Of a stretch of DNA of 64,000 nt, positions 50,150-63,560 are shown piece after piece (position 1 is the first letter of the stretch; every line of letters starts with the position of its first letter). A program made the position numbers and the translations under genes. Source of the stretch: Macrostomum hystrix. Lineage: Eukaryota; Animalia; Platyhelminthes. Under the pieces are notes generated by a model. That model had not been told where the DNA came from, did no database searches, and saw nothing but the letters and a program-made list of their open reading frames with translations. The stretch is taken from NCBI GenBank assembly GCA_950097015.1, contig CATNEN010000030.1:3968001-4032000 (forward strand). Reading direction: 5' to 3'.

Positions 50150-51649
50150 CAGCTATAGATGCGCTTATATTCTTGAAATTCTTTGAAACTCTATCATAAT
50201 TGTTTAAACAAACCTGATAAAAACGTGGATTTCCAAAATATTTGCAGAACAGAGAAATTTTTTTATGCTAATATATTTGTAACTTCCTTAGATTATAAAT
50301 ATCGAATCATGCATCACAACAACTTACATCTAACAAAACTAACTATTATGTGATGAGCTCATGCTTTGAGCAACATCACAGCAGATATTTTACTGTCTGG
50401 GTGCTACTGTTAAAAACACGTATAAAAATCTGGGGACTATTCGTGAATACGAATAGAAAAACGCAGAAAACCCGACTCCAATTCAAAGTCCCACAGTTAA
50501 GCAACAATGAGTGTTATCAAGCAGTGTTTATCTATTCTAGAAATACGAAGTAAATCGAGTCAATCGTTAGCATTATAGAAAATACGTATAAATATGTCCC
50601 CAGATTTGGCATCTTTTAATGGAGAAACTGTGAAAATCGTTTGAGCTGTCTGGGAAAATAGCGGTTACGCGCAACCAAGCCAACAAGATTTTCATCTTTA
50701 GTATAGTAGACTAGCAATCTGAACCCCTTCAAGTTGTGAGAATTTAAAGTTGTGATATAGCAGTAAAATATATTTGTATGTACTTTTTCAGGCTCTTATA
50801 GTTTACTTTTTATGTATAATTATTTTTCTGCACTGATGAAAACAAATAACTTGACAATTCCAAAACTGACATTTGATGCTGCCTTTTTACAACAATCAAA
50901 AGATCTACCGAGTGCACGAAGTCTTAGCCTGCACAAACTATTTTCGACAAGCCTTTACACAAATTACACAGATTACACAAATTTTTGGGCTAATCCCTCA
51001 ATTTACTATACCCCTGATCCATCAATACAGCTTAGATTTTAATATAATTCCGAAGGAAAAATTGTACCCATCTGTCTGAGAAAAAAAGCAAGAAGAATAG
51101 TCTGACACAAAAGTGTTTCAATATGAGCTTAACCACCTTTTATTGTGGACTTCGGTGAGAATAAAAACTGGTGATTATTTACGACAGGAGCAAAAGTTTC
51201 AGATACCCACATATTTTTCTGTATCTCCTAAAATATACGTATTTTTTTTCAAACAGTCACAAGAAATTGGCTTCGTTGAGATATTCAACGACTCTCGTCG
51301 GGGTGTCTGGTAGCGGAAGCACCCATTTAGGCATAACTTAACATAACATAAGACTTGGAGATCTGTGGGATCTGTAGGATACCTTCGTTCTGTGCAATTT
51401 GTGCAATAGGAGAATTCCTATAGCACCTTTATGCAAGCGTTCCAGAGATTTTTTCGAATTAAGTCATGTTTCTTTGTAATTTGACAGAGAACTAAATATA
51501 AAAATATGTTTTAAACAATTTCAAAAAATTTCAAAAGCTTCATCAAACAACAGCGAGTCAAATGAACACTCAATAAAAAAGCTGCAAGCGCTTAAAAATA
51601 GTTAAAATCTTAGACGGAAAATAACTTTGTTTTTCTTTGACTTTGACTT

Positions 51650-51800
51650 CGACTCTAAAAGTGGTTTTGGTACGATTCTAGCTTCGATTCTAAAAATGGC
51701 TTTGGTACGATTCTAGCTTCGATTCTAAAAAATGGCTTTGGTACGATTCTAGCTTCGATTCTAAAAAATGCTTCTGCTACGATTCTAGCTTCGATTCTAA
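51650..51800. repeat. About 35-bp tandem repeat, about 4 copies
   Basis: Unit GGTACGATTCTAGCTTCGATTCTAAAAATGGCTTT. Confidence 0.85.
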
Positions 51801-52269
51801 CTAATCTGAAGATTCTTGCTTCCGTTATAAGTTCTCGTAAATTGTGCAGTATATGCTTTACCTAAAATTGTCGCATCCACTCATTAACAGAGTTTTATTT
51901 TGAAATCAGAAACCACACTTCGACAAAACACACAATAAAATTGTTTCGACAAAAATACTAAAAAATATGGGCTTACAGTTTTAAACGTTTGCTTGCCCAA
52001 AAATGTCGCAGCTTGAATATGCAGTCATTGAAATTCGTGACTACAAAAAGTAGAAACCGAGATCACGCAGACTGAATGGCAAACTGCAAATGATTCTTTA
52101 TTTTAGTGCGTTTTATGACGAAATTTAAGAATGAAAATAAATTATTCTTCAACACTGAATAAATATTAAATATGAAAATATTGTAAAACAAGGGCGAGGC
52201 AAGACAAGTTGAATCATTCCAATGTATGAAAAAAATACTGTAATTTTAATTTGTTCAGACACGAATCCA

Positions 52270-54266
52270 CTTAACCACTAATCCACTCGCACATTAATCC
52301 ACTCGCACATTAATCCACTCGCACACTAATCCATTCGGACACTAATCCATTCAAACACTAATCAATTCAAACACAAATCCATTCGGACACTAATCCAATC
52401 GGACATTAATCCATTAGGACACTAATCCATTAGGACACTAATCCATTAGGACACTAATCCAATCGGACATTAATCCATTAGGACACTAATCCATTAGGAC
52501 ACTAATCCATTAGGACACTAATCCATTAGGACACTAATCCATTAGGACACTAATCCATTAGGACACTAATCCATTCAAACACTAATCAATTCAAACACTA
52601 ATCCATTCGGACACTAATCCGATCGGGCATTAATCCACTAGGACACTAATCCATTCGGACACTAATCCATTCAAACACTAATCCATTCGACACTAATCCA
52701 TTCGGACGCTAATCCACTCGGAAACTAATCAATTCGGACACAAATCCATTCGGACACTAATCCATTCGGACACTAATCCACTCGGACACTAATCCATTCA
52801 GACACTAATCCACTCAGACACTAATCCACTCGGACACTAATCCAATAGGACACTAATCCACTCGGACACTAATCCATTCGGACACTAATCCATTCGGACA
52901 CTAATCCATTCGGACACTAATCCACTCAGACACTAATCCACTCGGACACTAATCCACTCGGACACTAATCCAATAGGACACTAATCCATTAGGACACTAA
53001 TCCATTCGGACACTAATCCATTCGGAAACTAATCCATTCGGACACTAATCCATTCGGACACTAATCCATTCGGACACTAATCCATTCGGACACTAATCCA
53101 CTCAGACACTAATCCACTCGGACACTAATCCAATAGGACACTAATCCACTCGGACACTAATCCATTCGGACACTAATCCATTCGGACACTAATCCATTCG
53201 GACACTAATCCATTCGGACACTAATCCATTCGGACACTAATCCATTCGGACACTAATCCATTCGGACACTAATCCATTCGGACACTAATCCATTCGGACA
53301 CTAATCCATTCGGACACTAATCCATTCGGACACTAATCCATTCGGACACTAATCCACTCAGACACTAATCCACTCGGACACTAATCCACTCGGACACTAA
53401 TCCAATAGGACACTAATCCATTAGGACACTAATCCATTCGGACACTAATCCATTCGGAAACTAATCCATTCGGACACTAATCCATTCGGACACTAATCCA
53501 TTCGGACACTAATCCACTCGGACACTAATCCATTCAGACACTAATCCACTCAGACACTAATCCACTCGGACACTAATCCAATAGGACACTAATCCACTCG
53601 GACACTAATCCATTCGGACACTAATCCATTCGGACACTAATCCATTCAGACACTAATCCACTCAGACACTAATCCACTCGGACACTAATCCAATAGGACA
53701 CTAATCCACTCGGACACTAATCCATTCGGACACTAATCCATTCGGACACTAATCCATTCGGACACTAATCCACTCAGACACTAATCCACTCGGACACTAA
53801 TCCACTCGGACACTAATCCAATAGGACACTAATCCATTAGGACACTAATCCATTCGGACACTAATCCATTCGGAAACTAATCCATTCGGACACTAATCCA
53901 TTCGGACACTAATCCATTCGGACACTAATCCATTCGGACACTAATCCACTCAGACACTAATCCACTCGGACACTAATCCAATAGGACACTAATCCACTCG
54001 GACACTAATCCATTCGGACACTAATCCATTCGGACACTAATCCATTCGGACACTAATCCATTCGGACACTAATCCATTCGGACACTAATCCATTCGGACA
54101 CTAATCCATTCGGACACTAATCCATTCGGACACTAATCCATTCGGACACTAATCCATTCGGACACTAATCCATTCGGACACTAATCCATTCGGACACTAA
54201 TCCATTCGGACACTAATCCATTCGGACACTAATCCATTCGGACACTAATCCATTCGGACACTAATC
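52270..54266. repeat. 16-bp intergenic satellite, about 125 copies
   Basis: Unit CGGACACTAATCCATT. The GGAAAC variant recurs at 53025, 53457 and 53873. Confidence 0.97.
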
Positions 54267-54289
54267 AGGACAGAGTGATTAAAGCATTT

Positions 54290-54608
54290 TAGACTCGCAC
54301 CAAGGTCCTTGAACTCGATTCCGCGGCGAGGCCACATTAATTTGAGGGCGCAGCCACGGAGAGATGGCTTGGGGGCTTGTCGTGCAATTTACGTCCTTGA
54401 GGGCCAACCAAGAAGGCACAGTGAGAGTGTACACTGCCTGACGACGAGAAAGTCAAGGCAATTGTACACACCTGTGTGAGTGTATGCCTGCGTACAGTGT
54501 GCGTGTGTGCTCATGCTCAGGAGTCTGCGAAATGGGCAGAATTGCCTCGTCACTGCCTGCGGATGTAGTGTCACCAAATGATGTGCCATTGGTCACAGCC
54601 CTCCTGCA
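54290..54608 (+). mobile_element. SINE family A copy between the DEG/ENaC and SLC6 3' ends
   Basis: CTCGCACCAAGGTCCTTGAACTCGATTCCGCGGCGAGG...CCCTCCTGCA. Confidence 0.85.
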
Positions 54609-54727
54609 AAAAGCTAGATTCTTGTCTTCTTCATCAAAGCAATTACACAAATCTAAGAGAAAAAGCAGGTAAATAAGAGAAAAACGTAACTCGCATGCAT
54701 CTGCAAACTGTTATCGCAGTGCTATTC

Positions 54728-57700
54728 TCAGATCCGACCGGTGAACCAGCATTCAAATTTGATTTTGCATAAACACTCGAGAAGCCGCGATGTTGGATGA
54801 CGAGTTGATGAAGGCACCGGTGGCCGCGAGCGGTTGCTGCGGAATGTTTTGTTGCAAAGAGACTTCTGAAGGTCAGTGAATGAATAAGAGAGAGCTCTAG
54901 TTTACTACATCTTTTACAACAGAGTGAGACAGCGCGAAAGAGTGCGAGATGGGGGAGACAGAAGTGAGACTGGGGAGACAGAAGTGAGACTGGGGAGACA
55001 GAAGTGAGACTGGGGAGACAGAAGTGAGACTCGGGAGACAGAAGTGAGACTCGGGAGACAGAAGTGAGACTCGGGAGACAGAAGTGAGACTGGGGAGACA
55101 GAAGTGAGACTCGGGAGACAGAAGTGAGACTGGGGAGACAGAAGTGAGACTCGGGAGACAGAAGTGAGACTCGGGAGACAGAAGTGAGACTGGGGAGACA
55201 GAAGTGAGACTCGGGAGACAGAAGTGAGACTGGGGAGACAGAAGTGAGATCTGGGGAGACAGAAGTGAGACTCGGGAGACAGAAGTGAGACTCGGGAGAC
55301 AGAAGTGAGATCTGGGGAGACAGAAGTGAGACTGGGGAGACAGAAGTGAGACTCGGGAGACAGAAGTGAGACTGGGGAGACAGAAGTGAGACTGGGGAGA
55401 CAGAAGTGAGACTGGGGAGACAGAAGTGAGACTCGGGAGACAGAAGTGAGACTGGGGAGACAGAAGTGAGACTGGGGGGGAGACAGAAGTGAGATCTGGG
55501 GGACAGAAGTGAGACTGGGGAGACAGAAGTGAGACTGGGGGGAGACAGAAGTGAGATCTGGGGGGACAGAAGTGAGATCTTGGGGACAGAAGTGAGACTC
55601 GGGAGACAGACGTGAGACTAAGTGAGACATAAGTGAGACCATAGTGAGACATAAGTGAGACTGGATGCGGCAGTGAGATTGACTGAGTCGGCAGTCTCAC
55701 CTGAGACTCGTAGGCGGCCGCCGGGTCATTAGCGGCATAGAATCCGCGCGGCTTGCGGCCCATTTCGCGGCCCCATTCGCGGTCCGGTTTCAGCAGCAGC
55801 TTGATCTTCTGCAATGTCAATGGAAATTAGCATTGCACTTGCCTGATTTGCAAATCAATTATTTTAAAAGCCCTTTTCAACATAACTAGCTGTAATAGAA
55901 CATGTTAGCTGTCAGGTGTCTATCCTACTCTGTCAGGTGTTCATCCTACTCTGTCAGATGTCCATCCTACTCTGTCAGATGTCCATCTTACTCTGTCAGG
56001 TGTCTATCCTACTCCGTCAGGTGTCTATCCTACTCCGTCAGGTGTCTATCCTACTCCGTCAGGTGTCTATCCTACTCCGTCAGGTGTCTATCCTACTCTG
56101 TCAGGTGTCTATCCTACTCTGTCAGGTGTCTATCCTACTCTGTCAGGTGTTCGTCCTACTCTGCTCAGAAAGGACAGACCGACCTGCAGAAGAGGATCGG
56201 CGGACTTGATCTTGCAGATCTTGTAGATGGCCACTCCTGGAATGGGCATCACCACCAGTACGGAGATTACGGCACCTAAAATGTCGGCCGCCTTAGGAAA
56301 AGTATAGTTGGCGTATTTTGAAGGCTTCACTGAAGCATAGGTGAACGTGGCCACGGCCAGGATGACCAGAGGCGAGAAGTACTTCCAGATGTACTTCCAC
56401 ACCTTGCTAACTGGCCGGCCGTGGCGCATTTCGGCCACATTTTCTAAGAAACGATCGGCGCCGTAGACCCAGGTGATGACCACGAGCTCAGCGAAGCCAA
56501 CAATCAGCACTGAATAGGTGCAGCAGTAGTTGTCCAAAAGCTGCAGCACGAACATTCCTCCCTGATGATGCAATTTCGGCAGTGAGTGTATGAGTGTTTT
56601 TAATGACAGCTATCGTTGTCTCACCCTACTCTCTCTAGTTTTCTTAACCTACTCTCTCTAGTTTTCTTAACCTACTCTCTCTAGTTTTCTTAACCTACTC
56701 TCTCTAGTTTTCTTAACCTACTCTCTCTAGTTGTGTCACTCTGCTCTCTCTAGTTTTCTAACCCTACTCTCTAGTTGTCTCACCCTACTCTCTCAGATAT
56801 CTCACCCTACTCTCTAGTTGTCTCACTCCCGTCTTTCTCTCAGCTCCCTAACCCACACCAACATCACTCTACCCCACACCGCCAGCTCCCTACCCCACAC
56901 CGCCAGCTCCCTATCCCACACGGCCAGCTCCCTATCCCACACCGCCAGCTCCCTATCCCACACCGGCCAGCTCCCTATCCCACACGGCCAGCTCCCTATC
57001 CCACACGGCCAGCTCCCTATCCCACACGGCCAGCTCCCTATCCCACACGGCCAGCTCCCTATCCCACACCGCCAGCTCCCTATCCCACACCGGCCAGCTC
57101 CCTATCCCACACGGCCAGCTCCCTATCCCACACCGCCAGCTCCCTATCCCACACCGGCCAGCTCCCTATCCCACACGGCCAGCTCCCTATCCCACACGGC
57201 CAGCTCCCTATCCCACACGGCCAGCTCCCTATCCCACACGGCCAGCTCCCTACCCGAGTAGTGCAGGGCAGGCCCAGCACGAAGGCCACCAGGCAGATGG
57301 CAATGAGCACTAGTAGAGGCCGCTGTCCCCGGTTAAGATGCGAGGCCCAGTTGTCGCACAGGGCAGTTTTGAGAGTGTTTACGTTTGAGATCATTGTGCC
57401 AAAGCCCAGGGTGAGCAGCATGGCGAAGAACAGGGCCGCCCACAATGGCGCCAATGGCAGAGAGGTCACAATGTCCGGGTACAGGACGAAGGCCAGGCCG
57501 GCGCCTGGAAATAGTTGTGATAAGGTCATTGATGACTTTTCGAACTGAGAGGGGAGATTTTCCAATTTCAGGGCTGTGCATGTAGTGATAAGAGAAACCA
57601 TCTAATCTAAGGATTTGATGACGGGGAACATTATCCCATATGAGCAGATAATGTTTAGGGAAAAATTTTCTATTTAAGGAAATGATGTTTGTAGAAGCTA

Positions 57701-60700
57701 TGCCACCTTGTAATATGATATAAGGGATAATAATGCCATCAGGGAATCCGATGATGGGGGATAATTTCCCCTCTGAGGATATAATGTTTACGGAAAATTA
57801 TCCCATATGAACATATGATGTTTGGGAAAATTATTAAGGATAGGATATCGTTAATAATTAGTTTAGCTAGTCAAGGATGTTATGTTGGTAGAAACTGTAC
57901 TATCATAGAATATGACATTAGGGATTAATTATTCTATCAGAGGATACGGTGGTTAGGGATAATTATCCTATTTGAGGATCTAGCACTTATGAGAAAAATA
58001 TTTGCGCTTAGGCAGAAATCTGAAAATCTATCTGAAAATTCTGCGAATTAAGACGGAGTTTGAGTACTTTAGGATCTCGCGTACTTTAAGCAATTCATAA
58101 ATAAAATTTGCAAGCGCAAAGTGAGAATTGGAGCGAATTCCAATCAACTTGGTGGGCCCATAGCAGTCGTAACCGACTGGGCGGCTTTAATTGCCAACTC
58201 AGAGTTACCATAGAACAGTGGACGAGAGCTTAACTAAAATAACCGACTCAAGACTGGAGTTGGGGCCAGCCTTAGTTGCTAGGCAGGTGTTGTTGGAATG
58301 TATTTGCTGGCATCTCTGTGGGCTGCAAAATTAATTACTTGGAATCGATTTGCTTTTCTGGCAGGTTCTCTTTCTTTATCCCCCACAAAACTGGGGAGAT
58401 TTCGGAATCTGAATCGGGTGAACCACAGAAAAATTAGAGGCAGAAGTAACTGCCAAACGGAAACTAATATGCAGTGAGATTTGTCATTACAAAAAGCTTA
58501 ATAATAATAATAATAAGACTATTAGATTTCCAATTAGCAGCGACAAAATGCAACTCAGAAAAAATAGCCAGTAGGGAAATACTTTCTTTTCTTAATTTGT
58601 TTCTGCTTCATAGGAGAAATGAGTGAGACAGAGAAAGACAGATTGAGATACATTGAGACAAAGCGACACTGGGTGAAACGGGGTGAGACAGAAGAGGCAC
58701 AAGGGTGAGACAGGCAGAGAGAGGGTGAGACAGGGTGAGATGTTGAGAGAAAAAAGAGACAATTAAAGAATAGTTGTAAGAAGTAGTGAGTAGATAGGAT
58801 AACGAGAGAGTAGATAAGATAAGAAGAAAGCAGATAAGAGAAGGAGAGAGCAGTTATGAGAAGGAGAGAGCAGATAAGAGAAGGAGAGAGCAGATAAGAG
58901 AAGGAGAGAGCAGATACTCGTAAGAGAATATGAGAGCAGATAAGAGAAGTAGAGATTAGATAAGGGAAGTAGAGAGCAGATACTCGTAAGAGAATATGAG
59001 AGCAGATAAGAGAAGTAGAGATTAGATAATGGAAGTAGAGAGCAGATACTCGTAAGAGAATATGAGAGCAGATAAGAGAAGGAGAGAGCAGATAAGAGAA
59101 GGAGAGAGAGGATAAGATAAGTAGAGAGCAGATACTCGTAAGAGAATATGAGAGCAGATAAGAGAAGTAGAGATTAGATAAGGGAAGTAGAGAGCAGATA
59201 CTCGTAAGAGAATATGAGAGCAGATAAGAGAAGTAGAGATTAGATAAGGGAAGTAGAGAGCAGATACTCGTAAGAGAATATGAGAGCAGATAAGAGAATA
59301 TGAGAGCAGATAAGAGAAGGAGAGAGCAGATAAGAGAAGTAGAGAGCAGATAAGAGAAGTAGAGAGCAGATAAGAGAAGTAGAGAGCAGATAATAGAAGT
59401 AGAGAGAGGATAAGATAAGGAGAGAGAGGATAAGATAAGGAGAGAGCAGATAAGAGAAGGAGAGAGCAGATAAGAGAAGGAGAGAGCAGATAAGAGAAGT
59501 AGAGAGCAGATAATAGAAGTAGAGAGAGGATAAGATAAGGAGAGAGAGGATAAGATAAGGAGAGAGCAGATAAGAGAAGGAGAGAGCAGATAAGAGAAGG
59601 AGAGATTAGATAAGGGAAGTAGAAATTAGATAAGGGAAGTAGAGATTAGATAAGGGAAGTAGAGATTAGATAAGGGAAGAAGAGATTAGATAAGGGAAGA
59701 AGAGAGTAGATAAGATAAGAAGAAAGCAGATAAGAGAAGGAGAGAGCAGATAAGAGAAGTAGAGAGAGGATAAGAGAAGGAGAGAGCAGTTATGAGAAGG
59801 AGAGAGCAGATAAGAGAAGGAGAGAGCAGTTATGAGAAGGAGAGAGCAGATAAGAGAAGTAGAGAGAGGATAAGAGAAGGAGAGAGCAGTTATGAGAAGG
59901 AGAGAGCAGATAAGAGAAGGAGAGAGCAGTTATGAGAAGGAGAGAGCAGATAAGAGAAGTAGAGAGAGGATAAGAGAAGGAGAGAGCAGTTATGAGAAGG
60001 AGAGAGCAGATAAGAGAAGGAGAGAGCAGATAAGAGAAGTAGAGATTAGATAAGGGAAGAAGAGAGTAGATAAGAGAAGTAGAGAGCAGATAAGAGAAGT
60101 AGAGAGCAGATAATAGAAGTAGAGAGCAGGTGATAGGAAGGAGCTGCAGCAGCGGCTCACCGTCCTTCGCCACAGCGGTGATCGGCAGTGACATGACGTG
60201 GCTCATGTAGCCCAGAACGCAGAAAACGGTCATACCGGAGTAGACGGAGGTGGCGCCGTCGCCAAGAGACACGATCATTGCGTCCCTACCAACGAATTAC
60301 AGTTGGATAAGTTGTTGCTTACAAAACAGAACCTATTGTTACAGTTATATCAGTAGATAGCTAGCTTACAGCAGGGCATTGTTGTGAAACTGGTTGTAGC
60401 TGCTCAGGGCTATAATTCCGCCCCAGCCACTCGATAGGGAGAAGAATACCTGAAAATTAGTTCATAAATCTGTTCTCTGTTCATAAAACTCTTCTATTGC
60501 TACTCGCCCGAGTAGCATTAAAAGTGTGAACAATTGCAGTCATTTTGTTGCAACTTGCTCACCTGAATGGCTGCATCGCCCCACACATTCGGATCAGCCA
60601 GTCGCTCCCACTTGGGCACAAAAAAGTACTCGAGTCCCTGGAGACTGCCCTCCAATGTCAGGCCTCGGATGAGCAGTATGGTGAGCACAACGTACGGGAA

Positions 60701-63536
60701 CAGACTGGTGAAGTACACAGCCTGAGATGCGAATTCAGGAGTGAAAATGTGGGACTTTGTATCATTTTAACATAAAATGAACATAATGAACTTTCCATGA
60801 GGCCGCGACTTTCTACAGATCCTTTGGTGTGGCCGCCAACCTCCACCGCCAACCCCCTCTACAAACCCTTTGATGACACCGCCAACCCCCACTACAAACC
60901 CTTTGATGACACCGCCAACCCCCTCTACAAAGCCTTCAATGAAACCGCCAACCTCTACAAACCCTTTTGATGACACCGCCAACCCCCTCTACAAAGCCTT
61001 CAATGAAACCGCCAACCTCTACAAACCCTTTTGATGACACCGCCACACTCTACAAAGCCTTCAATGACACCGCCAACCTCTACAAACCCTTCAATAACAC
61101 CGCCAACCTCTACAAACCCTTCAATGACACCGCCAACCCCCACTACAAACCCTTTGATGACACCGCCAATTCCCTCTACAAAGCCTTCAATGAAACCGCC
61201 AACCTCTACAAACCCTTTTGATGACACCGCAACACTCTACAAACCCTTTAATCAGATCATTTAAAAAGCCTTTAATGGTTTCAGCATCCAGCTCTCACCT
61301 TTCCAGCGGACTTGACGCCCCTGACCAGGCACAGCATGACGATGGCCCAGGCCAAGAACAGGCAGAGGGCCAGCTCCAATTTTGGAAAGCCGAGATCGTG
61401 AAATCCGTCAGATATTGATAGCACAAAGTTGCTGCGGAATAAAGTAAGAATTATTGGTTTCTGTGAGAATCTTCCCACATCTCTACTTTTAGTAGCCAAT
61501 AAAGAAAATGAGAATACAGTCCTGGAGTAAAGAGCTAGGAATGATTAAATTTATTATCTATTTAGGCAAATAAAACATTTTTAAGACAAGCAACTTCCTT
61601 CCTCAAAGAAAAGTAATTTCCCTTGAAGTGTTTCAGTAAAAAGTGCAAGCTCAGCTCGCTAGTACTCAACAATATCAGCCGCTTATTTCTGAGCCTAATC
61701 CTGCAAATGCGCCAAGCCACGCCGGTCAACGAAAAGAAAAGCAGAAATTTTACAACCACATTGGGGACACTTCCTAGGGGAAGGGAATTGGCTGCAAGCT
61801 ATTTGGGAAATTTCCACTGTCAATTAGCTCAGACAGATATTCTGCCACTTCAGCTGCTTTTCAATTGTTTTTCTTTCAGTCAAAGTGCCTGTCAGCTGCC
61901 TGTCAGTCAAGCCGAAACTAATCGTGCAGAGTGCAGCTGCTGCTGTTGCTTCGCAAGCCACAAGGTGCTAGGCTAGCAATCCATTCTGCTTCATTCTTCT
62001 TCATCCATGGACTAGACTAGCAATCCATTCTATTCCTTCACCCATGAGGCTAGACTAGCAATCCATTCTATTCCTTCATCCATGAGGCTAGACTAGCAAT
62101 CCATTCTATTCCTTCATTCATGGGCTAGACTAGCAATCCATTCTATTCCTTCATCCATGGACTAGACTAGCAATCCATTCTATTCCTTCATCCATGGACT
62201 AGACTAGCAATCCATTCTATTCCTTCATCCATGGCCTAGACTAGCAATCCATTCCATCAGCACAGTGATTGTTGCAGGCTCACTGAAAGTACAGGTCGCT
62301 GGAGGATCTGGGCTTGTCAACGGTGCCCAGCAGGCTGGCCAGCTGGCTGGTGTTGCAGCCTGTCGAGTTGAGCCAGGCGGCCCGGCTGTACAGCTCCTCC
62401 AATACCCCGGCGGTGGCGTTGTCGACTGGCGCACCGACTGGTTGCTCGGTCATCAGCCAGCTCCGGCCGTCTGGCAGCAGGCAGGAGTGATTGTGCGCGA
62501 TGGCGAAGAAGCCGCCTTGGCGCCAGCAGCGGTTCCGCTCGGACATTGTGCGAATCAGCATGCAGTCTGCGGACAGGCGGGTAGGGAGCTCTGTGAATGT
62601 CCACACCACCCACAATGGCCTGATTGATGACTTGATGCCTACAATCCAATGTCTGATGCCCTCAACCCCATGTCTAATGCCTAAAATCCAATGTCTAATG
62701 TCTACAGTCAAATTTCAAATATCTACAATGCAATTTCTAATGTCTACAGTCAAATGTCTAATGTCTACAATGCAATTTCTAATGTCTACAGTCCAATGTC
62801 TAAAGCCAAATCGTTTTAAAATTTCCATGACGAGCTGAGATTTTCAAATCAATAGAAGGCCGATACTTTTCAATAATTGGTTTGTCCTAGTAAATATTTA
62901 ACCCAACTAACCCTACGAAATCTTGATATTTCTTTCAAGATTGTTTAAAGGCCTTATCTTTATGACTGAAAAATCGATAGCTCTGGCCTTCATCACTGGT
63001 ATTAGCTGGCGATAAGCCGATCTATTTTAGTCTAAGGAGGTTGGATTTTAGTACCTTATCTGCAGAGACTGAAGGACACTAATAGTGATTTTTACTGACT
63101 AATGCGATATAGTGAGATCTTGTGACTCTTTCATTATAGTTATTAATTATATTATTATAGTATTATAGTATTATTTTAGTCTCTTACGAGTAGTCTAAAG
63201 CCAGTCATTCGCATATCATCTCAAAACTATTATTGAGCCATTTTAATGCATAAAAACAGTCCATTCTGATTTACATCAACTCACTCAGCAACCAATTGAA
63301 TCTATCAATGTCTTGATTGGCAATTTAAATAAAAGTGAACTACTTTTGAGTTACTCAACAAGAACTTCCCCTGAGCTCATCACCTCCTGGGTTCCAGTCG
63401 GCGGAGCAGGTTGTCCAGGGCAGTATGCCGTCAAAAGCGGTGACGCTCTTCCAAAAGTACATCAGAGTCCAGGCCAGCAGCATGTTGTAATAGATGCTGC
63501 CAAAGAAGGTCACTAGAATCATGGACCACCCGATGC
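54728..63536 (-). CDS. SLC6 sodium/chloride-dependent transporter, amino-acid branch (GlyT/ATB0,+-like); 5' exons beyond window
   Basis: Exons 63384-63536 (TM3 GIGWSM...[15 protein letters not shown]), 62284-62590 (EL2), 61299-61431, 60563-60721 ([12 protein letters not shown]), 60370-60449 ([18 protein letters not shown]), 60161-60285, 57254-57504 ([10 protein letters not shown]), 56184-56561, 55701-55808. A tentative last exon runs from 54865 to TGA at 54728-54730. Phases are consistent through 55701. Confidence 0.9.
54945..55615. repeat. 20-bp minisatellite, about 33 copies
   Basis: Unit GGGAGACAGAAGTGAGACT(C/G). Confidence 0.95.
55905..56162. repeat. 21-bp minisatellite, about 12 copies
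   Basis: Unit CTCTGTCAGGTGTCTATCCTA. Confidence 0.93.
56620..56830. repeat. 23-bp pyrimidine-rich tandem repeat
   Basis: Unit CCTACTCTCTCTAGTTTTCTTAA. Confidence 0.85.
56865..57252. repeat. 21/22-bp minisatellite, about 18 copies
   Basis: Unit GCCAGCTCCCTATCCCACAC(G/C), abutting the SLC6 donor at 57253. Confidence 0.95.
58790..60128. repeat. 20-bp purine-rich degenerate minisatellite
   Basis: Unit AGAGAGCAGATAAGAGAAG(G/T), with variants. Confidence 0.93.
60840..61250. repeat. About 30-33-bp degenerate tandem repeat
   Basis: Unit GACACCGCCAACCTCTACAAACCCTTCAAT, with variants. Confidence 0.9.
61975..62250. repeat. 37/38-bp tandem repeat, about 7 copies
   Basis: Unit CTAGACTAGCAATCCATTCTATTCCTTCATCCATGGA. 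Confidence 0.92.
62635..62805. repeat. Degenerate short tandem repeat
   Basis: Repeated AATGTCTAATGTCTAC-like units near the acceptor at 62591. Confidence 0.7.
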
Positions 63537-63560
63537 CTGCGGATAATGAATTGAAATTTA

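Noticed and set aside
54897-55820. 307-aa and 242-aa minus-strand ORFs
   Set aside because: Only 55701-55808 is exon; the rest is read-through into the 20-bp array.
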